A stretch of DNA of 60,232 bases from a virus. Lineage: Duplodnaviria > Caudoviricetes. Shown piece by piece: positions 18,938 through 28,798 of the stretch. The stretch spans positions 1 to 60,232 of the IMG/VR virus record IMGVR_UViG_3300044825_000282; one strand, given 5' to 3'. Position numbers and translations under genes: made by a program. The notes beneath the pieces are model-generated. The model searched no databases and was not told the origin of the DNA. It saw only the letters and a list, made by a program, of their open reading frames with translations. Position 1 is the stretch's first letter. Each line of letters starts with the position of its first letter.

Positions 18938-20836
18938 TCAACGCGCAGGTTGCACTTGTACAGACCAGCCGGGGGGCAACCCACCCGGTGCTGCCGCATT
19001 GCTCGCAGGCGGTTGGTAATTGATGCCAGCGCCCCGGCGTTGCAGTTCCTCCGCATAGTATTGGTTGTACAGAGCCTGATATTCAGCCGAGCCAAACGGC
19101 TTGCCCGACATCAGGGCGCGAGTGCGAGCGGCTTCCTCTGCTTTGTTCTGATCTGCATCAGACAGGCGGTTTGCACCAGCAGCACCACCATACGCATTCG
19201 GCATACGGCTATAGTAACCCGCTTGCTCACGAAGAACACCCAGTTCGTAGGGCAGTTTCGCTGCCTCGCGTTGAGCATTTAGACCAGCAATGCCAGCGTT
19301 GAACTGGGCAACCTGACCCTGTTGATTCAACTGAGCCACCTGCGCCGCTTGGGTCTGGTTGCGAGCCAGAATCGCGCTCTCGGTGTTTAGACGGGTCAGT
19401 CCGCGCTCGTACTGCTTGTTGGCCTTTTCTTCGGCCCTCTCGCCAGCGGTGAACTTGCCCTGATCGTAGAGCGTCTGAGCATTGGCAAACGCAGTCTTCG
19501 ATTGCAGGATGTCGCGCTCGCCTTCGCGGATGTCCTTCAAGCCCTGACGGTATGCGTTTAAACCAGCAGTTCCAGCCTCGCCCGCAGCCTGTAGGAAACG
19601 AGGAGACTTAGACCCCATGATGCCCAGTCCGGTCTGGATCAGGGCTTCGTTGATGTTGGATGCGCGGCGACCCTCGATGTCCTTTTCACGCTTGGCAATG
19701 TCCTTCTCAAGAAAGCCGTAACGGAAAGGAACCTTCTCACCGTAACGAGTTTCTTCTGCGGCCCTTGCTCGCTCAAGTTCTTGGGCGGTAGGCTCTTTAA
19801 ACGCACGGAACGCAGCCAAGTTTGCCTGCGCATCAGCGGCATACGGGTCCACAAAGGGTGAAATTTTCAACTCTGGGACCGGACCGAGTTTGACTTGCGG
19901 AACCTCGACACGAGGGTTGCCAGCGCCGGGGGCGGCGGCTGGGCCACGCGCAGCAGGAGCCGCAGCCGGTGCAGGAGGTTGTTGCTGACCGTTCAGATTG
20001 ACTTGAGCGGCGCGTAGGTGCTGGGCAACGACCGGATCGCGCTGGGCCAGTTCCGCTGCGGCAGCAGGGTTGGAAACAGCCATGTTGACCGCAGCCTGCG
20101 GGCTGGCACGGACGGTGTTTTCCACAATCGCCTTGGCAACAGGCGCTGCCGCTTCAGCACGAGCGGCTTCCTGACGGCGCAAAAACTCACCAAGGTAAAT
20201 GGGTTCGTTCGTGTAGGGGTCAACCCGCTGACCCGGGCGTGTAAACATATTGCCGAATAACTCCCCCATCGAACTGGCGGGAGGGGTACGGTACTCAGGC
20301 AGTTCCTCAAAGCGCATACCGTACCGGGGGACCATGCCTTGGTTCTGGAACAGAACAGCGCCACGGCTGTCGTACTTGGGCATACCGCCCTCGGCGAACG
20401 CCACCATGCCACCACCAGCCATACGGCGGGGTTCTTGTGCGCCCATCACGTCTTGTGCAGCCAAAGCCTGCGCGGCCTGCGGTGCAGCCATGATGCCCGG
20501 AGCGTTTAAACGTTGAGCCGGGAGGCTCATGCCTTGAGCCTGTCGCGGCATTTGAGCGGGCATACCGACCGGCATCTCGGGAGGCTGTTCAGCGCCCATC
20601 ATTCGCTGGGTTCCCGCCATCGCAGCCATGAGTTGCTCTCGGCTGGGCTGGGAGAGGTCTTGAGCCACGGTCGTGGTCGGAGCCTCCTTTGCGGCCTGAT
20701 CGCGCATACGCTTGCGGCGGCTCATCTCAGTGACCACCAGATAGGCAGGGTATGCGCCGCTTGGAGCCTGTACCTCCTTCATCAGCAACTGGTCAGGCAC
20801 ATCCTTCAGTTGCTCGGAAATTTCGATCAGATTCAT
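18938..20836 (-). CDS. internal virion/ejection protein
   Basis: Ala/Gln-rich helical protein, MAGGG/FAEGG motifs, position in the ejection cluster. Confidence 0.75.
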   Translation of the reverse strand: MNLIEISEQLKDVPDQLLMKEVQAPSGAYPAYLVVTEMSRRKRMRDQAAKEAPTTTVAQDLSQPSREQLMAAMAGTQRMMGAEQPPEMPVGMPAQMPRQAQGMSLPAQRLNAPGIMAAPQAAQALAAQDVMGAQEPRRMAGGGMVAFAEGGMPKYDSRGAVLFQNQGMVPRYGMRFEELPEYRTPPASSMGELFGNMFTRPGQRVDPYTNEPIYLGEFLRRQEAARAEAAAPVAKAIVENTVRASPQAAVNMAVSNPAAAAELAQRDPVVAQHLRAAQVNLNGQQQPPAPAAAPAARGPAAAPGAGNPRVEVPQVKLGPVPELKISPFVDPYAADAQANLAAFRAFKEPTAQELERARAAEETRYGEKVPFRYGFLEKDIAKREKDIEGRRASNINEALIQTGLGIMGSKSPRFLQAAGEAGTAGLNAYRQGLKDIREGERDILQSKTAFANAQTLYDQGKFTAGERAEEKANKQYERGLTRLNTESAILARNQTQAAQVAQLNQQGQVAQFNAGIAGLNAQREAAKLPYELGVLREQAGYYSRMPNAYGGAAGANRLSDADQNKAEEAARTRALMSGKPFGSAEYQALYNQYYAEELQRRGAGINYQPPASNAAAPGGLPPGWSVQVQPAR

Positions 20837-20845
20837 ACCTGCCCC

Positions 20846-21850
20846 TTAACTCTTCATGAACTCTCGGTAGATACCGAGACCCAAGAGACCCGGACCCACA
20901 ATCTGTGACAACTGGCTGGGCGGCGCTTCGTACACCGTCTTGCCGCCAGTACCAGCAAGGTTGGCACTACCGCGCATCAGGTCGGACATGAAACCAATCT
21001 GTTTATACGGGTACTGCTGCTGCGCCAAGAAGTCTTGGTAAGCCAAGTCCAGCGCACGTTGTTTCTCGCCCTGCTCCAGACCACCAAAGGTTTCCTGCGC
21101 ACGAGCCAGATCAAGACCAGTCTGCTGCTGTGCAGTACCCAGTTGACCCAGAGTCTGAGCGCCTTGGATGCCGGTTGCAGCGCCACGCAGACCAGCCTCA
21201 GTGCCGAACTGCATATTCTTCAGGGCTTGCTCGTATGCGGCCTGTGTGCCACGGCCTTGGATGTCTGCCAGTTGGCTACCCAGCGCACGTTCGCGCTCAG
21301 TGGTTGCCAGCAGTTGACGCGCACCGCCGTAAGAGCCTTGACGTGCAGCACCCAAATCAGCACCTAGTTGAGCCTTCTGTGCATCACGAATGGCTGCTGC
21401 CTTTTGCAGTTCCACCACGTTCTGCATATAAGGCGACATGAACGCACGGGTGATGTTGGGATCAGTCACGGCCCCGAGGTAGCGATCCCCTGCGTTTAAA
21501 GCAGCCAGACCACCGGTCTCAGCCATGCTGGTTCCAGTGCCAAACTGACCGGGTAACTCCATGCCAGCCACATCACCACGAGCCTCTCGTTGCAGATCAG
21601 AGATACCTGCAATCCGCTCGCCCTTGTAGGTCTGATAGGGGCTGTCAGTTAATGCCTCTGCCTTGCCAAGCAGTCGCTCCATGTACGGCTTGGCGTACTC
21701 AGGGATAGTGACCTGAGTCGTGTTGGCTGGGGGCGCAGGGCTTCCACCGCCGCCGCCATCACCATAAAGGATTCGCCCGCCTTCTTTGCGGGTGACGGAT
21801 TCACCGAGCGGCTCGCCCAGTGCTTCAAGTTGTCGGCGTGAATATCTCAT
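20846..21850 (-). CDS. internal virion/DNA pilot protein
   Basis: Gly/Ala/Gln-rich, IPEYAKPY and FMSPYMQNV motifs, position. Confidence 0.75.
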   Translation of the reverse strand: MRYSRRQLEALGEPLGESVTRKEGGRILYGDGGGGGSPAPPANTTQVTIPEYAKPYMERLLGKAEALTDSPYQTYKGERIAGISDLQREARGDVAGMELPGQFGTGTSMAETGGLAALNAGDRYLGAVTDPNITRAFMSPYMQNVVELQKAAAIRDAQKAQLGADLGAARQGSYGGARQLLATTERERALGSQLADIQGRGTQAAYEQALKNMQFGTEAGLRGAATGIQGAQTLGQLGTAQQQTGLDLARAQETFGGLEQGEKQRALDLAYQDFLAQQQYPYKQIGFMSDLMRGSANLAGTGGKTVYEAPPSQLSQIVGPGLLGLGIYREFMKS

Positions 21851-22278
21851 GTGCGTTCCTCAAAAAACTTTTGGAACATGACGCTTTGTACGTCATATCC
21901 GTATTTCTTCATCGACTTCGTCCAGCCGGGTCTGCCAACGAACTCGATGCCAGCACAACCAATCTTTCTCGCGTAGGCTTCTGCAAACTCCTGCATCTGA
22001 TCTTCCACAGACGCAAGGATGTGAGGCTCCATCGCGCAATACTGAACCACAAACATCTTGCAGCGCGGGTAGTCTTTGACCTCTGTGATCAGATGACCAT
22101 GAATTTGCTGGTCCTCCAACACCACCCACAACTGCATCCTGCCCGACAAAATGAAGTTCAGGATGTCATCTACGTTGGACCTGCCCCGTGTCCACTCTTC
22201 GGACACTTTCAAGTACGGAATGACCTGCGGCAGTGCCGTGTGGATCACCCCGTGCGGGACAAGCGACAACTGCATCAT
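21847..22278 (-). CDS. GNAT-fold virion assembly protein
   Basis: ARKIGCAGIEFVGRPGW motif; usual position among podovirus tail and ejection genes. Confidence 0.65.
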   Translation of the reverse strand: MMQLSLVPHGVIHTALPQVIPYLKVSEEWTRGRSNVDDILNFILSGRMQLWVVLEDQQIHGHLITEVKDYPRCKMFVVQYCAMEPHILASVEDQMQEFAEAYARKIGCAGIEFVGRPGWTKSMKKYGYDVQSVMFQKFFEERT

Positions 22279-24005
22279 GCGGGCATCATCTTCTTGGGAT
22301 TGACCGCAGGTGCTTGCTTCTTCTTGCCGGTGCGCTTGCTACGCACACGGTCCATCATGTCGTACAACTGCTTGGCTCCTGCCTTGCTGGAACCATTGCC
22401 AAGGTGACTCACCACATCAGCGGGGATCACGAACTCGCCATCTGCCAGACGGGCAGGTTGACGGTCGTTGATCGTGGCAGGAATCGAATCACTCATGCCA
22501 TCGCCACCACCGGAGAGGAAGCGAGGCACGTTGCTCAGACCGCCGCCAGCAAAGTTCTGCATGGCTGCATCGTACAAACCGCGACCGCTCTGGTAGGCGG
22601 CAAAGGAGTACGGGTCTTCCATGCGGTTGATCTTCTTGCGCACATCACGGTACTTGGGCTGACCACCTTCAGCGTAGCCTTGAGGAACGCCCATCACCGG
22701 AATCGAGCGCATTGCGTTTAAACGCTCCTCACTCAAAGGCGGCAGTTGCATATCGTCTTGCAACCGGCGAAGGGTGGGGTTGGTCATGATTTCCTGACCG
22801 TCCGTCGTGTTCCCCCCTTGCGCAAAAGCAATGATGCCGCCCTGCGCAGCCTGATACGGAGTGCCTGCGGTGTAGCGATAGCGCAGACGCTCGTCCTCGC
22901 GACCCACGGGAGAGGCGGGTCGGTCAGAGAGATTCTCAATGTCTAAAGAGTACGGACGAATCATTGCGTCCGATTCTGGAGCGCCCTCGTACTTAGGCTC
23001 TGCCAGCAACGCCGGGGCGGCAGACATCGCCAAGTTCATCTTGTTGCTGTCCAAGAATTTGCCAGCCGCATCCATTGAGCCAAATGCCTGCTTACCGCCC
23101 TCCAAAACCTGTTTGGAATAAGACCCAGCCGTGGGGGCTGGGGGCAGTTGAGAAAGTGAATAATTGGTTGCGTCAGGGTAGCGACCTGCCAGTTGAGGGC
23201 CGAGTGCCTTGTCAAAATCCAGCGGACGTGCTTGGCTCAAATCGACTGTAGAGAACCCCACGCCACGAGCGCCCACAAGATTGGACTGCGGAGGCATTTG
23301 ATAAGCCGATGCATTGATCGGGTTCTGCATATAGAACTGCGAGTTTGCGCTGATTGCCGGGTTGTATCCCGGGCTGCTCGTGATTGCTGCGTTCTGCGCG
23401 GCAGTGATATTGCCTCCGCTCAAATCCACCGGAACACGCGCAGCCTGCAAACCACCTTGCGGTAGGCCGCTGGCAAACCCATAGTTTGTGGTCATGGGGG
23501 CCGTATTGGCTGCGATCTGAGGCGCTAATGGTTGCGCGAAATCAATCGGGGGGGGCGAAGGAGGCAACGGAACCGGGGCTGGCATGGCAGTCAAACCGCT
23601 TCCACCCAGCGCACCACCGGCAGGTGCAGCAGCCGTCGCAGCAGGCGCGGCAAGGTTTGCCATCGAGCCAGCCAATCCAGCGCCGCCAGCGGCCCCCAGA
23701 CCCATCATGAGACCCTCTTTGAGGCTTCCAGTAGCCAAGGCTCCCAGACCGCCCGTCATCAGGCCCACAGTCAGCGGAGACAGCGTACCGCCCGATAGCA
23801 TCGTCAGGCCAGCGCCAGCCACCATAGGCAGTAACCTGCCGAGATTAAAGGCTTCGGGTAAACCCGTACTGGGGTTGATCGTCAGACTCGTGCCATTGTT
23901 ACGGGCAAGCGCCTGAAGCCCACGCACTTCCTGCGGGGACATATGCACCAGAGTCGTGTCGCCATACCGGCCTTGACTGGCTAAATGTTGAGCGGTTTGG
24001 TTCAT
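22275..24005 (-). CDS. internal virion protein
   Basis: GRYGDTTLVHM...INPSTGLPEAF N-terminus; GDGMSDSIPA...LADGEFVIPADVV C-terminus; AxGG motifs. Confidence 0.75.
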   Translation of the reverse strand: MNQTAQHLASQGRYGDTTLVHMSPQEVRGLQALARNNGTSLTINPSTGLPEAFNLGRLLPMVAGAGLTMLSGGTLSPLTVGLMTGGLGALATGSLKEGLMMGLGAAGGAGLAGSMANLAAPAATAAAPAGGALGGSGLTAMPAPVPLPPSPPPIDFAQPLAPQIAANTAPMTTNYGFASGLPQGGLQAARVPVDLSGGNITAAQNAAITSSPGYNPAISANSQFYMQNPINASAYQMPPQSNLVGARGVGFSTVDLSQARPLDFDKALGPQLAGRYPDATNYSLSQLPPAPTAGSYSKQVLEGGKQAFGSMDAAGKFLDSNKMNLAMSAAPALLAEPKYEGAPESDAMIRPYSLDIENLSDRPASPVGREDERLRYRYTAGTPYQAAQGGIIAFAQGGNTTDGQEIMTNPTLRRLQDDMQLPPLSEERLNAMRSIPVMGVPQGYAEGGQPKYRDVRKKINRMEDPYSFAAYQSGRGLYDAAMQNFAGGGLSNVPRFLSGGGDGMSDSIPATINDRQPARLADGEFVIPADVVSHLGNGSSKAGAKQLYDMMDRVRSKRTGKKKQAPAVNPKKMMPA

Positions 24006-24011
24006 GTTGAC

Positions 24012-24039
24012 ATTATCCTTGTTCGTGTTTAAACGTCAA
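24012..24039 (-). promoter_or_regulatory. sigma70 promoter likely giving a leaderless mRNA; contains GTTTAAAC and CACGAAC
   Basis: TTGACG-N16-GATAAT, 6 nt, then ATG; no SD. Confidence 0.6.
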
Positions 24040-25376
24040 TCAGTTAGGTCGAAGTACGACATCGATCCGATGATGTCGTCCGAACCCGAAATCGTTCTTG
24101 CCGCCAGCGTATAAATGTCGCTTGTGCCGCTGAGACTGACCCCTAGTTGCAGGTCAAAGTTGTAGTCGCTGCCTTCGCTCACTACCCCGCTGCCTTGATT
24201 GCTGCCGGAGACGTAGTCCAGATCAACAATCGAACCGCCGGTCAATGCGGTGGCGGTCACATCCAGTTCCACGTTCGTGGAGTTGCTGGTAAATGAAGCG
24301 CCGGTCAGTGTTGGGTTTTTGATAAGCACAACCTCGTAGTCCAAGGTCGATCCAATAGGAATGGCATGGAACACGGAGGGAATCACAACCGCGCCAAGAG
24401 AAGTGCTTTTGAGTCGGATTGAAACGATTGGCACGAACGTGGTAGTTACGCCCGTCAAGACAGTGGTGCGTCTTGCCCACTGCGGGATGGCCTTCTGGTC
24501 GTAGCCACCTTCGGAAATCACCGAAGAGCAGATTTGCGTCATGGTCGAAGCGGACGCAGTTGCTGCCGTGTTCTCGATCTCATAGCGAACAGGCAGAATT
24601 GCCGTGGTCATGTAGACCTTGTCAATTTCGTTGGCGTTGTTGAATGTGTGGCAGACATAGAACTTGCCGCCAATCACAAACCCGCAACGAACTGAGCCAA
24701 CGCCTAGCCACTCAAAATCCATGTACAGAATCTGCGCTTTGGTGGTGTCCAGAACAATCCCGGACGCGCCCGTTCCGTCTAGTTTGTCGCCGTTCCAGTT
24801 GGCTTGATTAACGGTCCTAACATCACTTGGAGTGCCGGATGTATTTGTGCGCAAGACAAACGACTTGGTCGTGCCGTTAACTTGGAAGAATACGCCGTTG
24901 TCGGCATTAAAGTAGCCCACCCGCTGGCGCAGGTTTTCCTTGCCCTCGTTCATGACGAAGGTCGCAAGCACCATCAGGCTTTTACCCGGCTGGTATGGGA
25001 AAGAGCGGAACGACTGACGAACCGCCTTGCTGCCAGACGAGGTGGTGACATTCAAGTCAACGCTGGACTCGTTAGCGACATAAGTTGCCGTACCGCCAGT
25101 GACCAGTTCTTCGCTGAATTGCGGGTCTTTCTGGTAGCGGTTTTGACTGTCGAAGAGGGTGTAAGGCTGGGCAATACGGAGCCTTCCAAACGCATCGAGC
25201 GATGTTGCGGAGAAAGGTTCCATAAATCCGTTTACCTCGTTTGTCAGTGAGTTGAGATAGTCATCCAGTAGGTTGAAGTACAGACGCAGCGCCCGGATGA
25301 GATCGGTCTGCTCCGTCTGGTCGTACTCCCGCTTCGGTATGGGAAGCGCGGGTGCTTTGAATTTCTTGATGATCAC
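24036..25376 (-). CDS. virion structural protein (tail-associated)
   Basis: DAFGRLRIAQPYTLFD motif, beta-rich, position. Confidence 0.7.
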   Translation of the reverse strand: MIIKKFKAPALPIPKREYDQTEQTDLIRALRLYFNLLDDYLNSLTNEVNGFMEPFSATSLDAFGRLRIAQPYTLFDSQNRYQKDPQFSEELVTGGTATYVANESSVDLNVTTSSGSKAVRQSFRSFPYQPGKSLMVLATFVMNEGKENLRQRVGYFNADNGVFFQVNGTTKSFVLRTNTSGTPSDVRTVNQANWNGDKLDGTGASGIVLDTTKAQILYMDFEWLGVGSVRCGFVIGGKFYVCHTFNNANEIDKVYMTTAILPVRYEIENTAATASASTMTQICSSVISEGGYDQKAIPQWARRTTVLTGVTTTFVPIVSIRLKSTSLGAVVIPSVFHAIPIGSTLDYEVVLIKNPTLTGASFTSNSTNVELDVTATALTGGSIVDLDYVSGSNQGSGVVSEGSDYNFDLQLGVSLSGTSDIYTLAARTISGSDDIIGSMSYFDLTD

Positions 25377-27238
25377 CGCTTGCCATCCTTACGTCCGTCC
25401 AGTCTTGGCAGACCCATCTGCCACATCACACCCAACTCATCCGAGTAAATCTTCAAGCCCATCTGGCGAGCGCGAGCGCGAATAAAAATCTGCTCCGTGT
25501 ACTGCTCAACCGGCACAGTGGTGGACAACTCCACCAAAGGCTGGTTGGTGTTCATGTAGTTCGAACCCGGGAAGTTGCGCGGCTTGACCGTCAGCAAAAC
25601 CCGAGGGGTTGCAGCAGTTGATCCATTGAAGTTGATGTCAGGGATCATTCGCTTGATCAACAGGAACTCATCACCATCGACGATGTCAAAGTCAGAGGTG
25701 ATGATGTACGAGGTCATCGCAGCGCCATCAGCGTCAATGCCGTTCTCGTGTTCGTACAGATACTGACCGTTGATGGCTTGCGGGTACGGGCGCAGAGGCG
25801 AATCCAGCCACGCCGTGCGCTCTAGAGTTCCGTAGTACCAAATCTGCTCGGCGTAGTTGTAGATCACATAGGAGTCCGGGGTGGTGTTGTTACCTGTCGG
25901 GTAAATCCACCAAACCTCGTTCCAACGTTCGTTTGTGCCAGAGATGATCTGGTTCTTCTGTTCGTAGTTCAGGTTGTTGAAAACCAGATTACGCAAAGTA
26001 CAGGGCAGCGTCTCCACACGACCGGAGTACATATAGAACTTGTCCTGCCCCATCCAGTACGCCACGTTGTTGGCAACAGAAATCGAGCGGGGGCTGGCAA
26101 TCGAGATGTGATCTGCCATCTCTTGGAAGACAAACACATCCGTTGTGCCGGTGAACTGCATTGAGTACAGAGTGGAGTCCGTCAACACCAAAATCTCTTG
26201 GCGCGTCGGAATGGCGCGAATAATCTTTGAGCCACGAGACACCCGATAAAAGCCAGCCGAATTGGTAACAGAAGGTGTCCAGTTCAAAGGCTCGCCTTGA
26301 TCTGCCCAGCGAATCAGCATTGGGTCAAAGGTGGCAGAGCCGAACTGCGTTGCTCCAAAAGCGCACAAGTGTCGGTCGTTTTGCGACACCATCAACTGCA
26401 TAACTTGAGCGGGAACATCGCCACCGACAAAGCCAGCATTTGTTGCTGCCGTAGCCATCGGGATCGCACGAACAGAAATGGTGGTCTCATACGCCCAGTA
26501 GTACGGCGTACCATTTCGAATGTTCATGACTGAGTCATTGTCGAAATTGTCGTACCACCAGTCACGCTGCTCGATAACCAACGGGGTCACCGTACCCGTA
26601 CCCCAGCCCAAACGGCTCCAAGGACCAGCACTCCAGCCGTAGCCGTACAGATCGATGTCATTTCCCGGGATGATCGGGAATACCGCTGTGATGCCAGTGC
26701 CGCCTTGGTTGCTGACGGTACTGGTTGCCGCAGTGGTCATCTCAATCTGGAAGTTATCCGCATTGACGATGGCATAGACCTGAAACTCGGCATTAAATTC
26801 GGCTTGCGGAATGCCGCCAATCGGACCCACAACGCCAGAAAAGGTCACGAACTGACCCGTGGCAGTCACACCATGCCCAACGATGTTGACGTTGACGATC
26901 TTTGATCCGTTGGTCGTGTCGAAACAGTTGTCTGTTGCAGGTGATGTAAACGTTGCGCGGGCCGGGGTCAGGTCTTGCAGGTTGCCGCCCACCTCCGCAT
27001 AGAGATGATTGGTCGTTCCGATCCAAAGAATGTTGTCACTGTTGCTGGTGACGTAGTTGAACATCTGGCGGCAGATGCCCTTGATTGAAACGGTGTCGGC
27101 ACTCACCCACCCGCCTAGTTTCTGCGGGTAGCCTGAGAGAAAGCGAATCTTCTCGGACTCGTAGTAACCACCCTCGTTGGCGTAGTTAGTCGTGTCTCGA
27201 TTGACTCCCGGCTTGATCTTGACTTTGGTGAATGCCAT
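25373..27238 (-). CDS. tail tubular/DNA-stabilisation protein (P22 gp10 / T7 gp12-like)
   Basis: 621 aa, beta-propeller-like composition, IRWADQ and YWMGQDKFY motifs, position. Confidence 0.75.
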   Translation of the reverse strand: MAFTKVKIKPGVNRDTTNYANEGGYYESEKIRFLSGYPQKLGGWVSADTVSIKGICRQMFNYVTSNSDNILWIGTTNHLYAEVGGNLQDLTPARATFTSPATDNCFDTTNGSKIVNVNIVGHGVTATGQFVTFSGVVGPIGGIPQAEFNAEFQVYAIVNADNFQIEMTTAATSTVSNQGGTGITAVFPIIPGNDIDLYGYGWSAGPWSRLGWGTGTVTPLVIEQRDWWYDNFDNDSVMNIRNGTPYYWAYETTISVRAIPMATAATNAGFVGGDVPAQVMQLMVSQNDRHLCAFGATQFGSATFDPMLIRWADQGEPLNWTPSVTNSAGFYRVSRGSKIIRAIPTRQEILVLTDSTLYSMQFTGTTDVFVFQEMADHISIASPRSISVANNVAYWMGQDKFYMYSGRVETLPCTLRNLVFNNLNYEQKNQIISGTNERWNEVWWIYPTGNNTTPDSYVIYNYAEQIWYYGTLERTAWLDSPLRPYPQAINGQYLYEHENGIDADGAAMTSYIITSDFDIVDGDEFLLIKRMIPDINFNGSTAATPRVLLTVKPRNFPGSNYMNTNQPLVELSTTVPVEQYTEQIFIRARARQMGLKIYSDELGVMWQMGLPRLDGRKDGKR

Positions 27239-27243
27239 TGCGT

Positions 27244-27699
27244 TTAAACAACCATTTCAAAGTGCGGGCCGTCGATGAACGGGCGCTTGTTTTGTTTGCG
27301 GCGCTCATCGATGTAGTAGTTCATTGCCTCCTCCATCGTGCCGCGCCAAAGACGAATGTCGGGCACGTTCCAAGCAGCACCCCAGCGGACAGCCACATTC
27401 TTCTCAATCGCAGCCTGCTTCATGGCATCGGCGATGTTGTCGTAGACATTCAATTCCCACGACACCTGACCATCGATGTATGCCATCAAGTCAACCGCAT
27501 CTCCGGTGAGATGCTTTGAATCCATTGTCTGGCTTTTGCCTGTCTCGACGTAACGCTTCTGAGTCTCCAAAGTGCGCAGTCCTTCGGTGACACCAAAGTC
27601 AATCGTTGAAATTTCAATGGCTCGTTTGACGACCTCGACCAGTTCTGGCTTTACGCCCTTCAATCGGTCAAGGCTGCGCTGAGAAAGTTGAAATGGCAT
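27244..27699 (-). CDS. endolysin, peptidase M15 family
   Basis: EGLRT, SKHLTGDAVD, DGPHFE Zn motifs. Confidence 0.9.
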   Translation of the reverse strand: MPFQLSQRSLDRLKGVKPELVEVVKRAIEISTIDFGVTEGLRTLETQKRYVETGKSQTMDSKHLTGDAVDLMAYIDGQVSWELNVYDNIADAMKQAAIEKNVAVRWGAAWNVPDIRLWRGTMEEAMNYYIDERRKQNKRPFIDGPHFEMVV

Positions 27700-27711
27700 G
27701 GTGACTCCCTG

Positions 27712-28212
27712 TCATTTGATTGGCGAGGCTTTGGAAAGCATTTCAGTTTTGGCTTGCGAACCAGCAGACGACCCGAAGTAGTAGGCGATGATCCCGGTCC
27801 ACGCCGTGCCCAGAGAACCCAGCATCATGGTCAGAGCAGTGTTGTCTGCCACGGACATCTTGCCGAACATCATGCCGCCAAGAATCGCAAAGAATCCAAC
27901 CGTGACAGAAGCGGCGAGAAGGGGAGGAACCCACGAACGGGTTGCGGCCTGCATCTCGCGGGCGCTCTTGCGGTCATCGACTGCCAACTTCTCAAAGTTC
28001 AGCCCCAGTTCTTGGGCTTGCTTCTGAAGTTCAATCTCGGCAATCTTGATCTGAGCCACCTGCTCGGCGGTCAGTTTGTTGTTGGAGATAAGGTCATCGA
28101 CCTTCTCGGGGTCAACACCCAACGCCTTAGAAACAGCAGAGACCGCCATCCCGGCGAGAGGCCCACCAAGAGCGGTGGCAATCGTTGGTGCAATCTGTTT
28201 GAGCCAATCCAT
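27712..28212 (-). CDS. holin-like membrane protein
   Basis: APTIATALGGPLAG N-terminus, DRKSAREM, two TM segments, YYFGSS; adjacent to the endolysin. Confidence 0.75.
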   Translation of the reverse strand: MDWLKQIAPTIATALGGPLAGMAVSAVSKALGVDPEKVDDLISNNKLTAEQVAQIKIAEIELQKQAQELGLNFEKLAVDDRKSAREMQAATRSWVPPLLAASVTVGFFAILGGMMFGKMSVADNTALTMMLGSLGTAWTGIIAYYFGSSAGSQAKTEMLSKASPIK

Positions 28213-28214
28213 CT

Positions 28215-28628
28215 TTACCCCCTTGTACTGGTGAATTGCTCATCGCCTTTCTTGACGATGACCTTGTCTCCATCTACAGCCACGCTGATCGGATCGCGAT
28301 CTGCCATACGGTCCAGACGCTCGATCAGTTGTTTCATCACCTCAAACTCAGGCTTCTCCTGCTTGGGAGTTGCGCCAGCGATACCGTTGATCATTTGGAT
28401 TAGGGCGGTCAGCGCGGCAGAGACAAGACCAATCACCGCAGCAATCTTGCCTTCATCAAGCATGATGCTTGCGATCACACCGATCAGAACAATCAGGGTG
28501 ATGGCAAGCAGACCCCATTTGCCGATGGCTTTGCCAGCGACTTCTTTGGCAGTCGATGCAGCCTCAAGGCGCATCATCTCTGCCCGGACATCGAGTTTTG
28601 CTTTGGTTAGGTCTTTGTCCCCAAACAT
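28215..28628 (-). CDS. membrane protein of the lysis module
   Basis: two hydrophobic segments; GGAGG RBS. Confidence 0.65.
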   Translation of the reverse strand: MFGDKDLTKAKLDVRAEMMRLEAASTAKEVAGKAIGKWGLLAITLIVLIGVIASIMLDEGKIAAVIGLVSAALTALIQMINGIAGATPKQEKPEFEVMKQLIERLDRMADRDPISVAVDGDKVIVKKGDEQFTSTRG

Positions 28629-28630
28629 GA

Positions 28631-28798
28631 TTAACCTCCTTGCGGATCGTCAGCAGGCTCCGGCGTGTTGCCTTCTTCAAGCCACTTCTGAAACTCTGGA
28701 TAGTCAGCGGTGCAAGTCAAGCGGCACAGGCCATCGTCATCAATACGGGCGTAGACAACTTGTCCATCCAAGTTTGTTGAGTGAATTTTGTAGATCAT
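28631..28798 (-). CDS. small tail-fibre partner protein (55 aa, MIYKIHST...; not in ORF track)
   Basis: read manually; ATGA overlap; DYPEFQKWLEEGNTPEPAD motif. Confidence 0.75.
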   Translation of the reverse strand: MIYKIHSTNLDGQVVYARIDDDGLCRLTCTADYPEFQKWLEEGNTPEPADDPQGG

